From Armatimonadota bacterium (GTDB lineage: Bacteria; Sysuimicrobiota; Sysuimicrobiia; Sysuimicrobiales; Humicultoraceae), in the NCBI GenBank assembly GCA_037446215.1, contig JBBIJB010000060.1, positions 1 through 14,849 on the forward strand: a DNA stretch of 14,849 nt. Reading direction: 5' to 3'. Position numbers and translations under genes: made by a program. Under the pieces are notes generated by a model. It made no database searches. It was given only the letters and a program-made list of their open reading frames with translations, and was not told the origin of the DNA. This document shows, piece by piece, positions 8,101 through 14,120 of this stretch (within the stretch, counting starts at the first letter, position 1; each line of letters starts with the position of its first letter).

Positions 8101-8247
8101 GGTGGTGATGGTGAGCGTGGGGTACGAGATGTCCGGCAACAGGTCTACGGGCAGCCGCGCGAAAGAGACTATGCCGAGGAACGCCACGGCGATGTAGAGC
8201 ATCGCCGTCGTGACCGGCTTGGCTATCGCGAAGCGGGAGATGTTCAC
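5155..8247 (-). CDS. RND efflux transporter permease (AcrB/AcrD/AcrF family)
   Basis: 1030 aa with [79 protein letters not shown] and PLARAIVGG. The GTG start overlaps the MFP stop (GTGA). Confidence 0.97.
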   Translation of the reverse strand: [1030 protein letters not shown]

Positions 8248-9578
8248 GGCCGCTGCTGCCCCGGGGTGGGCTGTGCGGGTCCGGGCTGCGACGTCCCGCC
8301 GGCCGGCCCACCGGAGCCCGGGCTGCCGCTGGATGTGCGGACCTTCATCCCGTCGCGGAGGCCCAACTGACCGGTCGTTATGAAGGTCTCGCCGCCGGCG
8401 ATCCCCTCCACGATCTCGGTCCGGTTCCCCTCGACGTGCCCGGTGCGCACCGGCCGCTCCTCGACGGTCTCGTCCTCGTGGAGGACGAACACCACCGTTG
8501 CCTCTCCTCTCCGGATGACCGAGTCGGAGGGCACCACTATCGCCTGCCTCTCATCGAACACCACGGCCGTTCGCGCAAACATCCCGGGTCGCAGCGCGTG
8601 ATCGGCGTTCGGGATCACGACGACGATCCGGGCCGAGCGCGAGGCCGCGTCCAGCGCCGGAGCGGTTCTCGCTATCCTGCCCTCGAACAGCCTGTCGGGG
8701 AGCGCGTCGACGGTTATCCTCGCCATGCTGGTCCGCCGCAGCCTGGGCAGATCGGTCTCCGGGAGCATGACGTGCACCTCGACCGGACGTATGGTCGCGA
8801 CCGTGGCTATCACGGTCTGGGGCGAGACCGCGGTTCCTGCCTCGACACCCACCCTGGTCACGACCCCGGCGATCGGGGAGGTGATCTGAAGCTCCCGCAG
8901 CCGCGCGCGTGCCTGCGCCGCCGCAACCTCGGTCTGCCTGACCTGAGAGGCCTGGGCCTCGATGTCCTCGGGCCGGGGGCCGTGCTTGAGCAGGGCGAGC
9001 TGCTCCCTCGCCGCGCGCAGCCTGGAGCGCGCGAGCTCCACGTCCGTCTGGCTCCTGTCGACCGTGGCCCGGGCCACCAGCCCGTCCGCGAACAACTGCT
9101 GGGAGCGCGCGAGATCGCGCTCCGACTGCGCCAGGGTCGTCTCGGCCTGGGCGATCGAGGCCTCGACCTGCGCGATCTCCGGTGCCCGCGGCGCCGCCTG
9201 GAGCTGGGCGAGCCGCGCCCTCTGCACCGCTACCGCCGCCTCGGCCTGCTTCGCCGCCAGCACCAACTCGGGATCGTCGATGCGCGCGACCAATCCGCCG
9301 CGCGCTACGAAGCTGCCCTCGCGAACCAGGACCGCTCCAAGGCGGCCGCTGATGCGAGAGGTCACATCAGCGACGGCCGATGCCCTGACCTCTCCGGGAA
9401 AGACGCTCTGCTCGACGAGATGCGTGGGGTCCGCGACCGCGGTCCGTACTAGCGGAGCAGGCCGCTGCCTTGCGGGGCCGCTCTCCGTCACGGCCGGCTT
9501 CCTGGAGATCATGTGATAGGCTCCTGCCACCAGCGCGGCCACGACCGCCAGTAGCACTACCGAGCGGACGAATCGCAT
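8244..9578 (-). CDS. RND periplasmic adaptor (membrane fusion protein, HlyD-like long coiled coil)
   Basis: N-terminal TM anchor; lipoyl halves (SRISGRLGAVLVREGSFVARGGLVARID; ITSPIAGVV); long Ala/Gln-rich hairpin; LRPGMFA; VPSDSV; VEERPVRTG. RBS AGGAG on the - strand at 9590-9586. Confidence 0.95.
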   Translation of the reverse strand: MRFVRSVVLLAVVAALVAGAYHMISRKPAVTESGPARQRPAPLVRTAVADPTHLVEQSVFPGEVRASAVADVTSRISGRLGAVLVREGSFVARGGLVARIDDPELVLAAKQAEAAVAVQRARLAQLQAAPRAPEIAQVEASIAQAETTLAQSERDLARSQQLFADGLVARATVDRSQTDVELARSRLRAAREQLALLKHGPRPEDIEAQASQVRQTEVAAAQARARLRELQITSPIAGVVTRVGVEAGTAVSPQTVIATVATIRPVEVHVMLPETDLPRLRRTSMARITVDALPDRLFEGRIARTAPALDAASRSARIVVVIPNADHALRPGMFARTAVVFDERQAIVVPSDSVIRRGEATVVFVLHEDETVEERPVRTGHVEGNRTEIVEGIAGGETFITTGQLGLRDGMKVRTSSGSPGSGGPAGGTSQPGPAQPTPGQQRP

Positions 9579-9648
9579 TCCGCAACTCCTCGCATGGAGA
9601 CGTCTTCTATTGAGATCTCAGCGGCACAGCGACTCCCCACACGCGGCG

Positions 9649-9677
9649 TTGCCGGTGGGCCGCTTGAGTGCTACTCT
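9649..9677 (+). promoter_or_regulatory. Putative sigma70-type promoter for the 174-aa gene (TTGCCG - 17 nt - TACTCT with TG extension)
   Basis: TTGCCG at 9649-9654, TG at 9669-9670, TACTCT at 9672-9677; the ATG is at 9709. Confidence 0.5.
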
Positions 9678-9708
9678 ACATTAGATCGGCGCGTGGAGCC
9701 ACAGGTTT

Positions 9709-10233
9709 ATGAGCATCCGACGTGAAGCAGACGGCCGCCTCGCCGAAGCCGGCGCGGCGGCCACGACGCTGCGGCGGGCGGCGGCCTCGCTGAGGGCTGC
9801 TGGCAGTGGCCTCAAGGCGGGCGCGGGGGCGCTGCCGGTTCCACTCCCGACGCCCGGGACCGAGGGCGCCCTCTCCCAGATCGAGCGTGTGATCGGGCAG
9901 ATACAGAGGGAGGCCGACGAGCGGGCCGCCGAGGAGGCAGCCGTGCTCGATAGCCCCGAGGGCCCGCCGCTCAGAAAGGGACACGCGGCCCTCGATCGCG
10001 CACTTCAGGCTGTCATGGCCGGGATCGAGAGCCTTCGCCGCGCTCCCAAGGCCGGCGAGGCCGGCTCCCTCGACGCCCCCTACGGGCGAAGCGCTCCTTT
10101 GGGAGCGCATCCAGGGGCACTCTGTGTGGACGTGGCGGACAGGACGGAGGCGCTCGCGCTGACCGTCGAGGAGGTCGCGATCCTCAAGGCCAACTTCGCG
10201 CGGATCGGCCGACCGGCTACCGCGGCCCCCTGA
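9709..10233 (+). CDS. Hypothetical protein, 174 aa, Ala-rich and predicted helical
   Basis: ATG with upstream GGAG, a promoter-like element and GC-rich third positions. It fills the space between the divergent MFP and the convergent glycosyltransferase (17-nt 3' overlap). I recognise no family motif. Confidence 0.7.
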   Translation: MSIRREADGRLAEAGAAATTLRRAAASLRAAGSGLKAGAGALPVPLPTPGTEGALSQIERVIGQIQREADERAAEEAAVLDSPEGPPLRKGHAALDRALQAVMAGIESLRRAPKAGEAGSLDAPYGRSAPLGAHPGALCVDVADRTEALALTVEEVAILKANFARIGRPATAAP

Positions 10234-11644
10234 ACCCGACACCAGGGAAGAGCAGCGCATCCTGCCCAGGCCAGAGCGGCACGCTCTGCGCCCGACCCAG
10301 GCTCTTGAACGACCGCAGCAGCGCCTGCCCTGGAGGCTCCTCCCGCGCGTGCACTACGATTCCGTTCCTCCCGACCCACGCCTCCGCCGGCTCCCACGCG
10401 TCGAAGCCCCTGAACGGAGCCACCACCGCGTAGCGGTACCGGGTTGCGAACGCCACGCGGCTGGCCGCCTGGTAGCCCTCGGTCAGGATGAAGACCTCCC
10501 CGGGAGGCCCAAGAGACGGCATCATCTCCTCGATTCGGCGCCCGACCTCTTCCCAACCGCGGGACTCCTCGTGGAGCCTCGCGCCGATGGGCGTCGGCAC
10601 CGCGGCGAGCAGCAGAACCAGCAGCGTCATCGCGGCGCTGGTCGCAACCGTTACCCTCATCAGCCTGCCCGCCCGGCGTCCTGATCGCCACGCCTCCCAG
10701 AGCCCTGCCGCGGCGATGACCGCGGTAATCGCAGCGGGCCCTGTGTAGTGGGGCTTGGCAAGGGCGCGAGAGCTGGCGTAGAGGACCACCACCAGAGTCG
10801 GCAGCACGCACCAGACCAGGAATAGGAACCGTTCGTCCGAGCGCGCCCGGCGCGCGGCCGCCGCCAACGCCGCCGCCAGCGCCGCGAAGCCCAGCGGGGA
10901 GTAGTAGACAAACTGCATGCCCAGGAGGGCTGCCACGTTCTCCGGGACGGACCGGGGCGATATCCACGGCTCGTAGATCAGCGCCCTGCCCAGGGTCGCC
11001 CAGCCGTTCTCCGCGTTCCACAGGACTAGGGGGACGAGCACCAGCGCTCCTGCGAGCGCCGCGCCGACCGGCCATGCCGAGCGGAGCCACCATCGGTGCT
11101 CCCTGGTGGAGATCACGAATCCGGCCAGCGAGACCGCGAGAGCCCCTCCGGCCAGCTTGCTCTGGATCGTCAGGCCCACCGCTATGCCCGCCGCGATCCA
11201 GGCCCACCGGGATCCGTGGAGCGCCTTCCAACCGAGCAGCATCGACATCAGCCAGAAGAGGATGAACGGCGAGTCCGGGGCCGCGATGATCCCGCCCGCC
11301 GCGAAGGCCGGGAGAACCTGCGAGAGCAACGCCGCGCGGAGTCCGGCCTTCTCCCCGAAGAGCGTCCGGGCCAGCGAGTAGACCAGGAGGGCCGATACGC
11401 TGCCGAGCAGCACCGGTAGGACGCGCACGGCAAGGACCGTGTCCCCAAACAGCCTGGTTCCTATGGCGACCACGCCGGCGATCATCGGCGGGTGATCGGG
11501 ATATCCCCACATTAGGTGCCTGGACCAGACCCAGTAGTGCGCCTCGTCGTCCAGGATCGGGATAGCGGCTGCGGCCGCCAGGCGGACGAGCGTGGATACA
11601 CCGATGATCAGCCACAGCGCGCGGCGATGGGAGATAGCGGTCAC
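10217..11644 (-). CDS. Glycosyltransferase family 39 / ArnT-PMT-like polytopic membrane protein
   Basis: Signature DDEAHYWVWSRHLMWGYPDHPPMIA, then AVRVLP, APDSP, GLTIQSK, PLVLWNAENGW and KPHYTGPA; many TM segments. Confidence 0.9.
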   Translation of the reverse strand: MTAISHRRALWLIIGVSTLVRLAAAAAIPILDDEAHYWVWSRHLMWGYPDHPPMIAGVVAIGTRLFGDTVLAVRVLPVLLGSVSALLVYSLARTLFGEKAGLRAALLSQVLPAFAAGGIIAAPDSPFILFWLMSMLLGWKALHGSRWAWIAAGIAVGLTIQSKLAGGALAVSLAGFVISTREHRWWLRSAWPVGAALAGALVLVPLVLWNAENGWATLGRALIYEPWISPRSVPENVAALLGMQFVYYSPLGFAALAAALAAAARRARSDERFLFLVWCVLPTLVVVLYASSRALAKPHYTGPAAITAVIAAAGLWEAWRSGRRAGRLMRVTVATSAAMTLLVLLLAAVPTPIGARLHEESRGWEEVGRRIEEMMPSLGPPGEVFILTEGYQAASRVAFATRYRYAVVAPFRGFDAWEPAEAWVGRNGIVVHAREEPPGQALLRSFKSLGRAQSVPLWPGQDALLFPGVGFRGPR

Positions 11645-12369
11645 CTTTTCCGCCTGCTCTCGGCCTTCCGGACCCCGGCCGCTGCCGTCGCGACCCCCAG
11701 CACGTCATCCAGCATCGCCGGGGTCAGCCTTCCCGTGTTCGTGTTCTGGCGGCTGGGATGATAGGAGGCCACGAGCGCGACCCGCTCTCCGTCAAAGCGC
11801 TCAAGCGTTGCCAGCGCCGCATGGCCAAAGCGAGGGAGAGGCCTCGGCACCGCCCACCCCGTCTCGGAGGCGGCGCGCAGGACCGCCGCGTGTGCGACCC
11901 CTCCGAGCGCCACTATCACCTTCACGCCGCCGAGAAGGGAGAGCTCTGCGAGCAAGTACCTCCTGCACCTCTCTATCTCCTCGGGTAGGGGCCTGTTGTC
12001 GGGCGGCGCGCACCGGATCGCCGACGAGAGGAAGGCGCCGAGCAGCCTGAGTCCGTCCCCCCGGCTGACAGAGGTTGGCTGGGAAGCGATCCCCGCCCTG
12101 TGCAGCGCCGCGGTTAGGAACTCCCCCGAGCCGTCACCGGTGAACATCCTCCCCGTTCGATTGGCGCCGTGGGCAGCCGGGGCCAGCCCCACCAGCAGGA
12201 TGCGTGCGCGGGCGTCGCCCGTCCCTGGGACCGGCCTCCCCCAGTACTCGAAGGCGGCGTACTGCCGCTTGCGGTCCCGCGCGACCCGCCTGGTGTACGC
12301 GACCAGGCGTGGGCAGCGCCGGCACGCGACTATCGCATCGCCGAGCGCACCTAGCGAGGAGAAGGACAT
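11641..12369 (-). CDS. udgB: Uracil-DNA glycosylase, family 5 (UdgB-type, 4Fe-4S)
   Basis: CRRCPRL, YWGRPVPG, GLAPAAHGANRTGRMFTGDGSG, RCAPPDNRP, ERCRRYL and SYHPSRQNT. Four Cys are positioned as cluster ligands. RBS GGGAG on the - strand at 12379-12375. Confidence 0.93.
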   Translation of the reverse strand: MSFSSLGALGDAIVACRRCPRLVAYTRRVARDRKRQYAAFEYWGRPVPGTGDARARILLVGLAPAAHGANRTGRMFTGDGSGEFLTAALHRAGIASQPTSVSRGDGLRLLGAFLSSAIRCAPPDNRPLPEEIERCRRYLLAELSLLGGVKVIVALGGVAHAAVLRAASETGWAVPRPLPRFGHAALATLERFDGERVALVASYHPSRQNTNTGRLTPAMLDDVLGVATAAAGVRKAESRRKR

Positions 12370-12395
12370 TCGGACTCCCGTGGGTGGGGCGTTCC

Positions 12396-12425
12396 TTGAC
12401 GCTCCATTTTGGCCGGACCTATAAT
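12396..12425 (+). promoter_or_regulatory. Near-consensus sigma70 promoter for tRNA-Val and the aminopeptidase
   Basis: TTGACG (12396-12401), an 18-nt spacer, then TATAAT (12420-12425), 18 nt before the tRNA. Confidence 0.8.
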
Positions 12426-12429
12426 ATCA
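12421..12429 (-). promoter_or_regulatory. Extended -10 element (TG-a-TATTAT) likely driving udgB and the glycosyltransferase
   Basis: The reverse complement of ATAATATCA is TGATATTAT, about 50 nt upstream of the udgB ATG. Confidence 0.5.
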
Positions 12430-12443
12430 CTTGCGGCTGCAGC

Positions 12444-12518
12444 GGGCGGTTAGCTCAGCGGTAGAGCGCATCCTTCACACGGATGAGGTCGCAGGTTCAA
12501 GCCCTGCACCGCCCACCA
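12444..12518 (+). tRNA. tRNA-Val, anticodon CAC, CCA encoded
   Basis: Acceptor GGGCGGT/ACCGCCC; D arm GCTC-AGCGGTA-GAGC; anticodon arm CATCC-TTCACAC-GGATG; T arm GCAGG-TTCAAGC-CCTGC; ends in A-CCA. Confidence 0.97.
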
Positions 12519-12536
12519 CTCCCCAGGAGGCGACAG

Positions 12537-13640
12537 GTGGCAGACCCACGCCTTGCGACGCTCGCGAATGTCCTCGTGCGCTATTCACTGGATGTCAAGC
12601 CGGGCCAACTGCTCCGCATCTCCGGCCCCGCCCTGTGCGCGCCGCTCATCGTTGAAGCGTACAGGGAGGCGATTTCCGCGGGCGCCAACGCCTTCACCAG
12701 GATCTCCATAGACGGCCTCGATGAGATATTCCTCAAGCAGGCCACCGACGACCAGATCCGTTTCGTATCGCCGATGGCCCGCGACGAGGTGGAGAGGATC
12801 GATGCGGAGCTGGGTATATGGGCGCACTACAACACGAGATCCCTGACGGGCGTTGACCCCAAGCGCCAGGCGATGCGCCGCCAGGCGACGCGGGAGATCA
12901 GCGAGCGGTTCCTGGCGCGGGCGGCCGCAGGCGAGCTTAGGTGGTGCGGGACCCAGTATCCCACCCAGGCCGACGCGCAGGACGCCGAGATGTCGCTGGC
13001 GGAGTACGAGGAGTTCGTGTTCGGCGCCTGCCTGCTCGACCGCCCGGACCCCGTCGCCGCGTGGGAGCAGGTCCGCAGCGAGCAGGACGAGGCCGTTCGC
13101 GCCCTCGAGGCGAGGGACGAGCTCCACCTCATCGGTGAGAACATAGACCTCCGCGTTCGCACCGGAGGCCGCAAGTGGATCAACTGCGCGGGCGAGCACA
13201 ACTTCCCCGACGGGGAGATCTTCACCGCTCCGATCGAGGACTCCACCGAGGGGTGGGTCCGCTTCTCCTTCCCCGCGATCTACGGCGGGCGTGAGGTCAA
13301 CGGCATAAGGCTCCGCTTCTCCGAGGGGCGCGTGGTCGAGGCAAGCGCCGAGAAGGGCGAGGACCTGCTGAAGGCGATGCTGGATCTCGACGCCGGATCA
13401 CGGACTCTGGGGGAGTTCGCCTTCGGGACGAACTACGGGATCAAGAGGTTCACGCGCAACATCCTCTTCGACGAGAAGATCGGCGGGACGGTCCACATGG
13501 CACTGGGCGCGGCCTATCCCGAGACCGGCGGCACCAACAGGTCCGGCGTGCACTGGGACATGATCTGCGACATGAGGACGGACGGTGAGGTTCGCGCCGA
13601 CGGCGAGGTGGTCTACCGCGGGGGGAGGTTCCTCGGCTAG
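12537..13640 (+). CDS. Aminopeptidase, peptidase family M29 (AmpS/AmpT/aminopeptidase II type)
   Basis: RBS AGGAGG at 12525-12530 and GTG at 12537 (the longer ORF from 12483 overlaps the tRNA). Motifs LANVLVRYS, WCGTQYPT, AQDAEMS, NFPDGEIFTAP, GEFAFGTN, ILFDEKIGGTVHMALG and SGVHWDMI. Confidence 0.95.
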   Translation: MADPRLATLANVLVRYSLDVKPGQLLRISGPALCAPLIVEAYREAISAGANAFTRISIDGLDEIFLKQATDDQIRFVSPMARDEVERIDAELGIWAHYNTRSLTGVDPKRQAMRRQATREISERFLARAAAGELRWCGTQYPTQADAQDAEMSLAEYEEFVFGACLLDRPDPVAAWEQVRSEQDEAVRALEARDELHLIGENIDLRVRTGGRKWINCAGEHNFPDGEIFTAPIEDSTEGWVRFSFPAIYGGREVNGIRLRFSEGRVVEASAEKGEDLLKAMLDLDAGSRTLGEFAFGTNYGIKRFTRNILFDEKIGGTVHMALGAAYPETGGTNRSGVHWDMICDMRTDGEVRADGEVVYRGGRFLG

Positions 13641-13909
13641 GAGCGCTCGTAGTCCTCGATTAGCTCATCGAATATCTCGTGGGCCTGCTCGCTGACCTGC
13701 TCTTCGACGTCGGCGTACCTCTGGTGCTCCATCGCCTTTGAGTGGATGCTGTTCAGCATGGTCGCCTCGATCTCGCGGAGGAAGGCGACGACGTCACAGC
13801 GAGGGAACTCACCGAACTCCCCGGACTTCACGCGGCGCACGAACTCGTCCAGCCCTCTCATCTCAACCTGACAGAGCTGTTCGTAGATATCCCACAGCCG
13901 CTCGGTCAT
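13637..13909 (-). CDS. Hypothetical acidic helical protein, about 90 aa (MTERLWDIYEQLC...DELIEDYERS)
   Basis: RBS GAGGTG on the - strand at 13920-13915; ATG at 13909 (or 13912). Protein-like composition and GC-rich third positions. Its stop shares the CTAG at 13637-13640 with the aminopeptidase stop. Confidence 0.8.
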   Translation of the reverse strand: MTERLWDIYEQLCQVEMRGLDEFVRRVKSGEFGEFPRCDVVAFLREIEATMLNSIHSKAMEHQRYADVEEQVSEQAHEIFDELIEDYERS

Positions 13910-14024
13910 CATGGCACCTCGACGCCGGGAGTCGTCGGGACCTGAATCGATCTTCGATCGGACTCCTTCGAATCCTTCCTGCCGCGTGACTCGCAGCGTT
14001 CGGCTGTGCGTGCGCGGCCCGGTT

Positions 14025-14033
14025 TGATACAAT
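14025..14033 (+). promoter_or_regulatory. Extended -10 element (TG-a-TACAAT) for tRNA-Thr
   Basis: TGATACAAT lies 12 nt upstream of the tRNA 5' end, the same spacing as at tRNA-Glu. Confidence 0.65.
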
Positions 14034-14045
14034 GGGTCCGCCTGA

Positions 14046-14120
14046 GCCGGCGTAGCTCAGTGGTAGAGCAGCGCACTCGTAATGCGCAGGTCACGAGTTC
14101 GAATCTCGTCGCCGGCTCCA
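14046..14120 (+). tRNA. tRNA-Thr, anticodon CGT, CCA encoded
   Basis: Acceptor GCCGGCG/CGCCGGC; D arm GCTC-AGTGGTA-GAGC; anticodon arm GCGCA-CTCGTAA-TGCGC; T arm ACGAG-TTCGAAT-CTCGT; ends in T-CCA. Confidence 0.97.

Noticed and set aside
9666..9674. GAGTGCTAC resembles the right arm of a CIRCE (HrcA) element
   Set aside because: The left arm TTAGCACTC is absent 9 nt upstream, and no chaperone gene is adjacent.
6418..11708. Long alternative ORFs 6418-8370 (+), 6893-8098 (+), 8436-9452 (+) and 10080-11708 (-)
   Set aside because: They overlap well-supported RND, MFP and GT39 genes; stop codons are scarce in GC-rich DNA and the translations are not protein-like.
13967..13986. TTCGAATCCTTCCTGCCGCG looks like a tRNA 3' fragment (att remnant)
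   Set aside because: It matches none of the three tRNAs here beyond the T-loop, lacks CCA, and is explained by the local tandem 9-mer.
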